Source: Thermoanaerobaculia bacterium (lineage in GTDB: Bacteria > Acidobacteriota > Thermoanaerobaculia > UBA5066). From it: DNA of 64,000 nucleotides. The translations under genes were made by a program, and so were the position numbers. Within the stretch, counting starts at the first letter, position 1. Each line of letters opens with the position of its first letter. The notes under the pieces were generated by a model, which searched no databases, was not told the DNA's origin, and saw only the letters and a program-made list of their open reading frames with translations. The stretch spans positions 1 through 64,000 of the forward strand of contig JBBRRY010000006.1 in NCBI GenBank assembly GCA_038245905.1. Direction: 5' to 3'. Below, in pieces: positions 29,334 to 38,338 of the stretch.

Positions 29334-30938
29334 TCAATGAGGCTGGGAAGGGGCGAACGGCCAGGATGTCGGCGGGAGCGCGAGCTCACGCTCGCGGCGG
29401 GCGAGAAGCCGCGGCTGCGGCGTTCCCGTCCGGGCGATTTCTTCCTCGAGAGCGCCTCGCTGCTCGAAATAGACGTCAGCGACATACGCGCGCTGGAGGA
29501 GAAGAGAAGGAGAAAGAAATGAATTTTGCTTAGAAAGGAGAACAGCGAGGGCCGCGCAGGCCGCCGCGCCGCAGAAAAACGCGAACCCCGTCCGTCCTCT
29601 CTCCTTTCTGTTCCCTTCTAAGAAGAAATACACCGCGACCGCCACGATCACAGGCAGCACGAAGCGTCCCACCACGGGGGCGACCAGCTGAATTGCATTC
29701 GGCGTTGTCAGTCCCCTCTCGAAGAAAAATGCCCCGAACGAACCCCACGGAAATGCGAATCCGGGCGGAACGAACGGAAACGCGAGCGTGGTCCCGGCGC
29801 ACGCGAGAACCGAGGCCCCCACGAGGCCCGCCGCCAGCGCGCCCCCCTCGCGGAACGCGAACGGGAAGACGAGGAACGGAAGCGCCGCAACAAGATAGCG
29901 CGGGCCCACGGTGAAACCTCCGTGCCAGTTCGGATAGCCCGCATAAAGAAGAAGCAGCGACAGCGGGGCCAGCGCGAGGGCGAGACGAGCCTGCCCCGGA
30001 AGAGCGGCACGCGACGCGCGAAAGGCGGGGGGCCACAGGAGAAGGAACGGCGAGAAGACGAGGAGGCCCTTCGACGGGTCCAGGAGGAGGCGGAGGAACA
30101 CCTCCGGAGACGGGAAGGAAATGCCGAAGACGCCCGCGGAGGCGAGCGCTCGGAACCCCGCCGCGTGCTCGTGCGCGGAGGACAGCTCGAACACGCCTCC
30201 GAAACAAATGGCGTTGTATGCGAAAAGAGCGGCCGCGAATGGCAAGCCGCCCGCCACCACGGCCAGCGCGCGCCGCGGCGCTGGGATCGCCGCACAGAGA
30301 AAGAGGACGGCCCCGGGCACCGCCGCCGGATATTCCGAAAAGATCGCGAGGCCGAGAAGCGCGCCGGCGGCGAGGTCGCGTCGAAACCCCCGGGACGAGT
30401 CCCGCGGGAGAAACAGCGCCGCCCACGCCCCGAAAAGGCATGCCGCCACGAGCGCGTGGGAATAGAGGAGAAGACCGTACGCGAAGAGAGGCGTCGCGAA
30501 GAGCAGGGCGAACATCGTGACTCGGACGCGCGCCCGCGGCGCGCCGAAGAGAACGGCCGACCGGAAGAACAGATACGCGAGGAGAGCCGCAGGCAGCGTC
30601 GCCCCAAAGAGCCGCATGGACCACAAGATCGGACGCATCGAGGCGGCGGACGGCGGCCCTGCGAACGGCCGGGCGAGAAGGTAGCCCGGCAGGGACACGA
30701 GCGCGGCCCCAGGCGCCTTGTTCGAATAGACCCGGCCGTCCTTCCCCGAGACGTCCTCGAAGGAGGGCCCGAGGAGCGGCAGGACGCCCGAAATCTCGGG
30801 TGTGCCGTTCTCGACGAGCGATGCGGCGAGCGCCCAGCGGGTGAATTCGTTCGGCGAGAGAAAATGCGGGAAGACCGGCACCGCGAGAAGCGCCAGAAGA
30901 ACGTAGAGGCCCAGGACCGTTCTCTCGCGCGTCTGCAT
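29334..30938 (-). CDS. Polytopic membrane protein, GT-C/ArnT-like
   Basis: Many TM helices; YSNKAPG, GLLVFSPF and WHGG..GPRYL motifs seen in GT-C-fold hypothetical proteins. Confidence 0.7.
   Translation of the reverse strand: MQTRERTVLGLYVLLALLAVPVFPHFLSPNEFTRWALAASLVENGTPEISGVLPLLGPSFEDVSGKDGRVYSNKAPGAALVSLPGYLLARPFAGPPSAASMRPILWSMRLFGATLPAALLAYLFFRSAVLFGAPRARVRVTMFALLFATPLFAYGLLLYSHALVAACLFGAWAALFLPRDSSRGFRRDLAAGALLGLAIFSEYPAAVPGAVLFLCAAIPAPRRALAVVAGGLPFAAALFAYNAICFGGVFELSSAHEHAAGFRALASAGVFGISFPSPEVFLRLLLDPSKGLLVFSPFLLLWPPAFRASRAALPGQARLALALAPLSLLLLYAGYPNWHGGFTVGPRYLVAALPFLVFPFAFREGGALAAGLVGASVLACAGTTLAFPFVPPGFAFPWGSFGAFFFERGLTTPNAIQLVAPVVGRFVLPVIVAVAVYFFLEGNRKERGRTGFAFFCGAAACAALAVLLSKQNSFLSPSLLLQRAYVADVYFEQRGALEEEIARTGTPQPRLLARRERELALPPTSWPFAPSQPH
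29496..29541 (-). repeat. Dispersed element copy (purine orientation)
   Basis: GAGGAGAAGAGAAGGAGAAAGAAATGAATTTTGCTTAGAAAGGAGA; core at 29527-29535. Confidence 0.8.
29595..29628 (+). repeat. Dispersed element copy (pyrimidine orientation)
   Basis: TCCTCTCTCCTTTCTGTTCCCTTCTAAGAAGAAA; core at 29616-29624. Confidence 0.8.
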
Positions 30939-30981
30939 GCACCGGAAGTCTAGCGGAGCCTCTGCGGGCAGAATGCGGGCG

Positions 30982-32142
30982 ATGGACGTCTCCGACTTCG
31001 ACTTCGACCTGCCGCCCCAGTCCATCGCCCAGCGCCCCGCGCGCCGGGGCACGGCGCGACTCCTGACGCTCGACCGTTCCACGGGCGCGTTCGCGCACCG
31101 CACGGTCGCCGATCTTCCGAACCTGCTCCGTTCAGGCGACGTTCTCGTCGTAAACGACACGAAGGTGATCCCGGCGCGGATCTTCGGGACGGACGAGAAG
31201 GAACGCCGGACGGAGTTCTTGCTGGTCGAGAGAGTTCAAGAAGAAAAAGAAGAAACGATTTCTGCGAATAGAGATAGAGAAGGAGAACTCTGGCGCTGCC
31301 TCGCGAAGCCGGGGAAGCGGGTGAAGGCCGGGAGGACGTTTTTCTTCGAAGGTGGGTGGGAGGCTGTGGCTCTTCCCGTCGCCCCGGCCCCGCCGGGGGC
31401 CGAGACTTCGACACACTCACCCTCTAAGAAAAGCGCCTTCGCCCCACTGCTCGAAGGAGGCCTTTACGTTCTGCAGTTCACGAAGCACGGGAGCAAACCG
31501 AATTCGTCTCTTCTCTCCGATCTCCCGGCCCTGGGCTCCGCTCCCCTGCCGCCGTACATCCATCGCCCGGACGGTGTCGTGGACGCGCAGGACCGCGTCG
31601 ACTACCAGACCGTCTTCGCCGCTGAGCCCGGCGCGATCGCCGCGCCGACCGCGGGCCTCCACTTCACCGCGGAAATGCTCGCCGCCCTGACGGCACGCGG
31701 GGTCGAGATCGCGCGCGTGACCTTGCACGTCGGGCTCGGGACTTTCAAGCCCGTGAAGGTGGATCGCGTCGCGGACCACCGGATGGATTTCGAGCGCGGG
31801 TCGATCTCGAGCGACACCGCCGCGCGCGTGAATCGCGCGAAAGCAGAGGGGCGGCGCGTCGTGGCGGTCGGCACGACCTCCGTGCGCACGCTCGAAGCCT
31901 CGGCGCGTGCGCACGGGGGCGTGGTCGCTGCCGGTGGCTTCGAAACGGATCTCTTCCTCGTGCCGGGAGCCGAGTTCCGGGTCGTGGACGCTCTTCTGAC
32001 GAATTTCCACCTTCCCCGCTCGACGCTCCTCATGCTCGTCTCGGCGTTCGCGGGCCGCGAGAACGTTCTCGAGGCATACCGTGAGGCCGTCGGCGCCGAG
32101 TACCGGTTCTTCAGCTACGGCGATGCTATGTTCGTCTCGTGA
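30982..32142 (+). CDS. queA: tRNA preQ1 SAM ribosyltransferase-isomerase QueA
   Basis: DFDFDLP, VVNDTKVIPAR, PLPPYI, YQTVFA, AAPTAGLHF, TLHVGLGTF, TNFHLPRSTL and YRFFSYGDAM motifs. Confidence 0.97.
   Translation: MDVSDFDFDLPPQSIAQRPARRGTARLLTLDRSTGAFAHRTVADLPNLLRSGDVLVVNDTKVIPARIFGTDEKERRTEFLLVERVQEEKEETISANRDREGELWRCLAKPGKRVKAGRTFFFEGGWEAVALPVAPAPPGAETSTHSPSKKSAFAPLLEGGLYVLQFTKHGSKPNSSLLSDLPALGSAPLPPYIHRPDGVVDAQDRVDYQTVFAAEPGAIAAPTAGLHFTAEMLAALTARGVEIARVTLHVGLGTFKPVKVDRVADHRMDFERGSISSDTAARVNRAKAEGRRVVAVGTTSVRTLEASARAHGGVVAAGGFETDLFLVPGAEFRVVDALLTNFHLPRSTLLMLVSAFAGRENVLEAYREAVGAEYRFFSYGDAMFVS
31238..31433. repeat. Cluster of three element copies inside queA
   Basis: TTCTGCGAA at 31260-31268 in a purine tract; TTCTTCGAAGGTG at 31342-31354; TCACCCTCTAAGAAAA at 31417-31432. 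Confidence 0.7.
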
Positions 32143-32170
32143 GCGACCTTCCCAACACTACCTCGATACG

Positions 32171-33511
32171 TCAGTAGGCCTGCAGGTAGCGGTCCACTTC
32201 CCAACCGTGGACCTGCGCGATGTACTGCTGCCACTCGGAGCGCTTCGCCTCGACGAACTTCTCGAAGATGTGCTCGCCGAGCGCGTTCTTGAGAAGGTCG
32301 TCCTTCTCGAGGCAGTCGAGCGCCTCGGCCAGGCTGCCAGGGAGGACGTCGATCTTGAGGCGCTTCTTCTCGCGCGCGGACATTTCGAAGACGTTCTGGT
32401 TCACGGGCTCGCCCGCCTCGAGCTTGTTCTTGATGCCGTCGAGGCCTGCCGCGAGCATGACGGTGAACGCGAGGTACGGGTTGCACGCGGGATCCGGCAT
32501 GCGGACCTCGCAGCGCGTCCCCATGCCGCGCCGCGCGGGGATGCGGACCATCGGCGAGCGGTTGCGCTCGGACCAGGCGACGTTCACCGGCGCCTCGTAA
32601 CCCGGCACGAGCCGCTTGTAGGAGTTCACGAGCGGGTTCGTGATCGCGGCGATCGCGCGGGCGTGCTTCAGGATGCCGCCGATGTAGTTCATCGCAAGAT
32701 TCGAGAGCTCGTATTTCGCCTTGGCGTCGAAGAACGCGTTCTTCATGGACGCGCCCGAACCCGTGATGAGCGACTGGTGGACGTGCATCCCCGAGCCGTT
32801 GACACCAAAAATCGGCTTCGGCATGAACGTGGCGTGGAGGCCGTGGTCGAGGGCGACCTTCTTCACGATCAGCTTGAACGTCGTGACCTGGTCGGCGGTC
32901 GTGACGGCGTCGCCATACTTGAAGTCGATCTCATGCTGGCCGGGCGCGACTTCGTGGTGCGCCGCCTCGACCTCGAAGCCCATCGCCTCGAGGGCGACGA
33001 CAATGTCGCGCCGCGCTTCCTCGCCGCGGTCCACGGGCGTCAGGTCGAAATACCCACCCTGGTCATGCGTGTCGACGATCGGGTCGCCGTTCGCGTCACG
33101 GCGGAACAGGAAGAATTCCGCTTCCGGCCCGGTCATGAGCGTGTAACCCATGGCCTTCGCCTTCTCCATCTGGCGCTTCAGCGTCTGGCGCGGACACCCC
33201 GCGAAGGCCTTGCCGTCAGGAGTGATGACGTCGCACACGAGGCGCGCCACTTTGCCGTTCGGGTGGGACCACGGAAAGATGCGGAACGTGTCGAGGTCGG
33301 GCACGAGGCCCATGTCCGACTCCTCGATCCGCGTGAAGCCCTCGATCGAAGACCCGTCGAACTGAATCTCGCCGTCCAGGGCCTTCTCGAACTGGGAGCG
33401 CGGCACCTCGACGTTCTTGATGATCCCGAGGATGTCCGTGAACTGGAGGCGCAGGAAACGGACGCCTTCCTTGTCACACGTCTTCAGAATTTCGGCGGCT
33501 TTAAGTCCCAT
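32171..33511 (-). CDS. glnA: Glutamine synthetase type I
   Basis: LQFTDILG, FDGSSIEGF, HHEVAPGQHEI, ATFMPKP, NGSGMH, NSYKRLVPGYEAP and NPYLA motifs. Confidence 0.98.
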   Translation of the reverse strand: MGLKAAEILKTCDKEGVRFLRLQFTDILGIIKNVEVPRSQFEKALDGEIQFDGSSIEGFTRIEESDMGLVPDLDTFRIFPWSHPNGKVARLVCDVITPDGKAFAGCPRQTLKRQMEKAKAMGYTLMTGPEAEFFLFRRDANGDPIVDTHDQGGYFDLTPVDRGEEARRDIVVALEAMGFEVEAAHHEVAPGQHEIDFKYGDAVTTADQVTTFKLIVKKVALDHGLHATFMPKPIFGVNGSGMHVHQSLITGSGASMKNAFFDAKAKYELSNLAMNYIGGILKHARAIAAITNPLVNSYKRLVPGYEAPVNVAWSERNRSPMVRIPARRGMGTRCEVRMPDPACNPYLAFTVMLAAGLDGIKNKLEAGEPVNQNVFEMSAREKKRLKIDVLPGSLAEALDCLEKDDLLKNALGEHIFEKFVEAKRSEWQQYIAQVHGWEVDRYLQAY

Positions 33512-33599
33512 CTTGCTCTCCCCTGTTCTTGCTGATTTCGGCTCTCGCCGCCGAGAGAATCCGTTCGCCGCACCTAAAAGTCAATGAAATATGGCGATT

Positions 33600-33617
33600 T
33601 GCACTCAAATCTGTGCA
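33600..33617. promoter_or_regulatory. TGCAC-N8-GTGCA palindrome in the AT-rich glnA upstream region; candidate nitrogen-regulator site
   Basis: TGCACTCAAATCTGTGCA, about 90 bp upstream of the glnA start. Confidence 0.45.
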
Positions 33618-33698
33618 TGAAAGCTATTTCCAGAGCGATCAGTCCGAATTATTTTCTTACCTTTCGAAGAATCTCCTCTCTTCCTAAACTCCCTGTCC

Positions 33699-34325
33699 AT
33701 GAAGACGCGCGCGGACGCCTGGTCCCTCCTCACCGAGTTCACCGAGTCGCAGCCGCTTCGCCGCCACGCGCTCGCCGTCGAGGCGACGATGCGCCACCTC
33801 GCGCGCTCGAAGGGCGTGACGGACGCCGGGGAGATCGAGACGTGGGGCCTCGTCGGGATGCTCCACGATTTCGACTACGAGAAGTTCCCGACGGAGCAGG
33901 ACCACGTCTGGCGCGGCATGGAGATCCTCCGGGAGCGCGGCTGGCCCGAGCCGCTCATCAAGGCGATCGGCGGGCACGCCTTCTACACGAACATCCCTCG
34001 CGAGACGCCGATGGAGAAGGCCATCCTCGCCGCGGACGAGCTGACCGGCTTCTGCGGCGCCTGCGCGCTGATCCGGCCGAGCAAGAAGATCGCGGACGTC
34101 CCCGTCGAGTCGGTCCTGAAGCGCCTGAAGGAGAAGTCCTTCGCGCGCTCCGTCGATCGCACCTACGTCACGCGCGGCGCCGAGGAATGGGGTGCGCCGC
34201 TGCCCGAACTCGTCGCCCTCGTCCTCGCTGCCCAGGTCCCGATCGCCGACCGCATCGGCCTTGGGGGCGCCCCGGCGGCCGACCTGTCGGTCTCCCCCGC
34301 CCCGCCCGAGCCTCCCGCGCCGTGA
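33699..34325 (+). CDS. HD/HDIG-domain hydrolase
   Basis: RHALAVEA, GMLHDFDYE, ADELTGF and LKEKSFARSVDR motifs. Confidence 0.88.
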   Translation: MKTRADAWSLLTEFTESQPLRRHALAVEATMRHLARSKGVTDAGEIETWGLVGMLHDFDYEKFPTEQDHVWRGMEILRERGWPEPLIKAIGGHAFYTNIPRETPMEKAILAADELTGFCGACALIRPSKKIADVPVESVLKRLKEKSFARSVDRTYVTRGAEEWGAPLPELVALVLAAQVPIADRIGLGGAPAADLSVSPAPPEPPAP

Positions 34326-35200
34326 CGTCGGAGCTGCGCGTGCGGGCGCCGTTCGACGGCACAGGCCTGTTCGGGTTCTTCGCCGCGCGTGCGCTGCCGG
34401 GGGTGGAAAGAGCCGGAGAAGATTTCTATGAAAGGACTTTCGCCGATCGCGGCCGGGCCGGGACGATCCGGCTGGCGCTCGCACGCCGCCGCGGCTCCCT
34501 CTTCCTTTCGCAGGAAATCCCCGGTTGGGCAAGTCCCGAACGCCTGTCGGCGCGCGTTTCCCGCCTCTTCGACCTCGATGCCGACCCGCGCGCGATCGCA
34601 AGGGTGCTCTCTCACGACCCGCTCCTCGCGCCTCTCGTCGCGCGCCGGCCAGGCCTGCGCGTGCCGGGCGCGTGGGACCCCTTCGAGGTCGCCGTCCGCG
34701 CGGTCCTCGGCCAGCAAATCTCCGTCGCGGGCGCTCGCACGCTCGCGGGCCGGCTCGTCGCGCTCTGCGGCAAGCCTCTGCCCAAGCGGCTCGCACGGCC
34801 GGGCCTTACGCACGTCTTCCCGACGCCGCGCGCGGTCGCGGACGCGGATGTCGCGCGCGTCGGCCTACCCCGCGCCCGCGCGGCCGCGCTCCGCGCCTTC
34901 GCCCGAGCCGTCGCCGACGGGTCGTTTCTCCTCGCGGCGCCGCGCGGCCTCGAGGACTTCGAGGAGCGGCTCACGGCGCTGCCCGGCTTCGGGCCGTGGA
35001 CGGCTCACGTCGTCGCGCTCCGCGCCTTCGGCGAAGGCGATGCCTTCCCGGCAAGCGACCTCGGCGTCGTGCGGGCGCTGGAGCGCGCCGGCGTCAGGCC
35101 GCGTGACGTTGCAGCGCGCGCGGAGCGGTGGCGCCCCTTCCGCGCCTACGCGACACTCCACCTCTGGGCGTCGCTGGCGGACGCCACGGGGGGCGCGTGA
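34322..35200 (+). CDS. alkA: DNA-3-methyladenine glycosylase II (AlkA-like, no Ada domain)
   Basis: PGLRVPG.WDPFE, VLGQQISV, FPTP, LPGFGPWTA, DAFPASD and WRPFRAYA motifs. Confidence 0.92.
   Translation: MTSELRVRAPFDGTGLFGFFAARALPGVERAGEDFYERTFADRGRAGTIRLALARRRGSLFLSQEIPGWASPERLSARVSRLFDLDADPRAIARVLSHDPLLAPLVARRPGLRVPGAWDPFEVAVRAVLGQQISVAGARTLAGRLVALCGKPLPKRLARPGLTHVFPTPRAVADADVARVGLPRARAAALRAFARAVADGSFLLAAPRGLEDFEERLTALPGFGPWTAHVVALRAFGEGDAFPASDLGVVRALERAGVRPRDVAARAERWRPFRAYATLHLWASLADATGGA
34415..34435 (-). repeat. Dispersed element copy in alkA
   Basis: 34416-34435 GAGAAGATTTCTATGAAAGG matches the reverse complement of 52601-52620 at 19/20. Confidence 0.8.
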
Positions 35201-35724
35201 CGAAAGACCGCGAGGAAGAGAAGATTCTTAGAAGGTCGAGTTTGGCGACGCCGGCGGGCGTCGTCGTCCTGATCGAGCGTGACCGTAGTCTGGTTGGACT
35301 GGTCTTCGAGGATCACTGGGCGCATTTTCGCGGCCACCTCGAGCGAAGGTTCGGCAATTTCTCATTCGAAGAAGATCCCCGCGGCGGCGCCCCGGCCGAA
35401 GCCTTGAGGCGCTACTTCGCCGGGAACCTCGACGCTCTCGACGCCATTGAGGTCGACATGGGCGGGACGCCGTTCCAGGAGTCCGTCTGGCGGGCCCTCC
35501 GCCGCATTCCTCCGCGGACCACATGGTCCTACGCACGTCTCGCGAAGGAGATCGGCCGCCCGACCGCCGTCCGCGCCGTGGCGGGCGCGAACGGGGCGAA
35601 CCCGGTCTCGATCGTCATCCCCTGCCACCGCGTGATCGGCTCCGACGGCTCGCTCACGGGCTACGGCGGCGGGCTTCCCCGCAAGAGCTGGCTTCTCGCC
35701 CACGAGGGCGCCCTCCTCGCGTGA
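35197..35724 (+). CDS. ogt: Methylated-DNA-protein-cysteine methyltransferase
   Basis: GTPFQESVW, RAVAGANGAN and IPCHRVIG motifs. Confidence 0.95.
   Translation: MTKDREEEKILRRSSLATPAGVVVLIERDRSLVGLVFEDHWAHFRGHLERRFGNFSFEEDPRGGAPAEALRRYFAGNLDALDAIEVDMGGTPFQESVWRALRRIPPRTTWSYARLAKEIGRPTAVRAVAGANGANPVSIVIPCHRVIGSDGSLTGYGGGLPRKSWLLAHEGALLA
35212..35236 (-). repeat. Dispersed element copy at the ogt 5' end
   Basis: GAGGAAGAGAAGATTCTTAGAAGGT; core at 35225-35233. Confidence 0.85.
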
Positions 35725-35767
35725 ACGATTCGCGCCACGGCCCCCTCCCGCGAGGGATAATCCCCTG

Positions 35768-37141
35768 TTGGGCATGAACATCCTTCTCGTCGAGGGCGCG
35801 CGCGTCCTCGGAATGACGCGGCCGGACGACGTGACGCCGGACGGCGCACTCCTCGTCGAGGACGGTGCGATCGTCGCGCTCCATGCGGACGCGCGGAAGC
35901 GAGCCGCCGAAGTCGCCGCTGCGGGCCGCCCGCTCGAACGCGTGGACGCGCGCGGCCTCTGGCTGATGCCCGGTTTCGTCCAGACGCACATCCATCTCTG
36001 CCAGACGCTGCTCCGAAACGGCCCGGACGACCTTCCGCTCCTCCCCTGGTTGAAATCGTATGTCTGGCCCGGCGAGGCCGCGCACGACGAGTCTTCCCTC
36101 GAAATTTCGGCACGGCTCGGCCTCGCCGAGCTCCTCGCGGGCGGCACGACGGCGCTCCTGGACATGGGCACGGTGCGCCACACGGACGCGGTGTTCCGGG
36201 CGGCCGAAGCCTCGGGGATGCGCGTCACGAGCGGGAACGTGCTCATGGACGACGCCGATACGAATCCCGAATACCTCTTGATGGGCGCGACGGAATCTCT
36301 CGCCGAGACCGGGCGCCTCGCGAAGAGATGGCACGGAACGGCCGGTGGACGGCTCAACGTAGCCTATTGCCCGCGCTTCGCCGTCTCGTGTACGGACGGC
36401 CTCCTCCGGACTCTGGCCGCGTGCGCACGGTCGGACGGGTTTCTCGTCCACACGCACGCGGCCGAGAGCGCGGACGAGGTGGCGCTCGTCATGGCGAGAA
36501 CCGGCAAGAGAAACGTGACCTATCTCGACGACGTCGGCATTTCGGGGAGTCACGTCATCCTCGCGCACGTCATCCACACGGACGCGCGTGAGCGCTCCGT
36601 CCTCGCCGAGCGCGGCACGACCGTGGCGCACTGCCCGTCCTCGAACCTGAAGCTGGGTTCGGGAATCTGTCCGGTTCCCGAATACCGCGCGCAAGGCATC
36701 CGGGTGACGCTCGGCGCGGACGGAGCGCCCTGCAACGACCGGCTCGACCCCTTCACGGAGATGCGGCTCGCGGCGCTGCTGCCGAAGGTGCGTCCCGGCG
36801 CCGGAGCCCTTTTCGCGTGGGACGTCGTGCGGATGGCGACGGCCGACGGCGCCGCGGCGCTCGGAGTTCCGGCCGGTACGCTCGAGACCGGCCGACGGGC
36901 CGATTTCGTGCTGCTCGACCCGGGCTCGGGGTTCCTCGAGCCGACGTCCTGGCGCGACGACCCGTATGGTCCTATCGTTTACAGCATGGATCGGTCGCAC
37001 GTCGCCGCGACTTACGTGGATGGCGTTCTTCGCTATCGGCGCGGGGAGCCTTTCCCGCTCAAACCCGGGACCGAGGAAATCGACGCCGCCGTCGCGGCGC
37101 TCAAACGGCGCCGATCCGGCGACGAACGCAGAAAGAGGTAA
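35768..37141 (+). CDS. Amidohydrolase (5'-deoxyadenosine/MTA-SAH deaminase-like)
   Basis: PGFVQTHIHLCQT, PRF, HTHAAE, HCPSSNLKLGSG and LGADGAPCN motifs; start at TTG 35768 or ATG 35774. Confidence 0.88.
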   Translation: MGMNILLVEGARVLGMTRPDDVTPDGALLVEDGAIVALHADARKRAAEVAAAGRPLERVDARGLWLMPGFVQTHIHLCQTLLRNGPDDLPLLPWLKSYVWPGEAAHDESSLEISARLGLAELLAGGTTALLDMGTVRHTDAVFRAAEASGMRVTSGNVLMDDADTNPEYLLMGATESLAETGRLAKRWHGTAGGRLNVAYCPRFAVSCTDGLLRTLAACARSDGFLVHTHAAESADEVALVMARTGKRNVTYLDDVGISGSHVILAHVIHTDARERSVLAERGTTVAHCPSSNLKLGSGICPVPEYRAQGIRVTLGADGAPCNDRLDPFTEMRLAALLPKVRPGAGALFAWDVVRMATADGAAALGVPAGTLETGRRADFVLLDPGSGFLEPTSWRDDPYGPIVYSMDRSHVAATYVDGVLRYRRGEPFPLKPGTEEIDAAVAALKRRRSGDERRKR

Positions 37142-37620
37142 TGCCCGTGCCCAAGATGTCGAAGAAACCAGCTCCCTTTCTCAAGACGGTCCTCGTCGGG
37201 ACGGATTTTTCCGTCTGCGCCGCGCGCGCGTTCTCGTTCGGCGTCTCGCTCGCGGCCTCTCAGGATGCGAGGGTCCACATCGTGCACGTCCTCATCGAAC
37301 CCGTGCAGGCGTTTGACGTGGCGGGGGCTCTCCCCTACCTCGACGTGTCCACGCAGAAGGAATGGGAAGAGGCCACGAAGAAGCGGCTCGCGGCCGCCGT
37401 CGCCTCGGCGGAGAAGCGGGGGGTCCGGGCGACGTCGGAGTTCTTGTGGGGCCGCCCCTCGGACGCGCTCGTCGAGGCCGCGGTGAGGACGAAGGCCTCG
37501 CTCGTCGTTCTCGGAACGCACGGCCGCAGCGCGCTCGAGAAGCTCCTCATCGGCTCCACGGCCGAGCGCGTCGTGCGCCTCTGTCCGGTGCCCGTCCTCA
37601 CGGTCCGCGAGAAGCGCTGA
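37141..37620 (+). CDS. Universal stress protein
   Basis: VLVGTDFS and VLGTHGRS..LIGSTAERVVR.CPVPVLTV motifs. Confidence 0.93.
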   Translation: MPVPKMSKKPAPFLKTVLVGTDFSVCAARAFSFGVSLAASQDARVHIVHVLIEPVQAFDVAGALPYLDVSTQKEWEEATKKRLAAAVASAEKRGVRATSEFLWGRPSDALVEAAVRTKASLVVLGTHGRSALEKLLIGSTAERVVRLCPVPVLTVREKR

Positions 37621-37636
37621 AGCTCCGGGACCGGCC

Positions 37637-38215
37637 TCAGCCGTTCGGGACTTCCCAAAGATCCTTGACGGCCGGGTGGTCCCACGCGATGCGCCATTCG
37701 TCGGGATCCTGGACGTCGAACGTGCGGGTCACGATGTAGAAGAGCGCGCACGGGTTCGTGAGGGGGCGGTATCCGTGCGCGACTCCCTCGGGGATGCGGA
37801 CGAGGAGGTCCTGCCCGTCTCCGGCCACGATGACCTGCGTTTTTCCGCACGTCGGGGAGTCCTTCCGCACGTCGTAGAGGACGAACTTCGCCTTCGACGG
37901 ATGCGGGCAATACCAGACGTCCTGCTGCTTGAGGTGGTAATGAAGGCCCTTGATGTGGTCTTCGGCGTTCACGATCGTGAAGTTGATCTGGGCGACCGGG
38001 ACGTCCCGGAAGAACTCCGCCAGGGCTTCGCTTCCGGGGTGGTCGGCCTTCGCGCGGTAGATCTCCTGGAAGAAGCCGCGGTCGTCCACATGGCGCGGCA
38101 GCCGGTGCACTTTGACGCCGTCGAGCGGCGTCTTCGACCCGTACGCCTTGACGCCCTTGCGGAACTCGTCCGCGATGGCCGCTGCGGTCAACTCGCTGGT
38201 TTTCGTGGGCGGCAT
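37637..38215 (-). CDS. dTDP-4-dehydrorhamnose 3,5-epimerase-like cupin (RmlC family)
   Basis: DDRGFFQE, KGLHYH, DVRKDSPT and IPEGVAHGY motifs. Confidence 0.85.
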   Translation of the reverse strand: MPPTKTSELTAAAIADEFRKGVKAYGSKTPLDGVKVHRLPRHVDDRGFFQEIYRAKADHPGSEALAEFFRDVPVAQINFTIVNAEDHIKGLHYHLKQQDVWYCPHPSKAKFVLYDVRKDSPTCGKTQVIVAGDGQDLLVRIPEGVAHGYRPLTNPCALFYIVTRTFDVQDPDEWRIAWDHPAVKDLWEVPNG

Positions 38216-38338
38216 GCGTGCTCCTCGACTCGGCATTCTACGGTGCGTCGCGACCGATTCTCTGACAGCCCCCGGGGCCCGCGGTGTATCTTCCCCCAAA
38301 CCAGAGAACGTTCCGCTGGATGAAGAGGAGGGCCTCCG

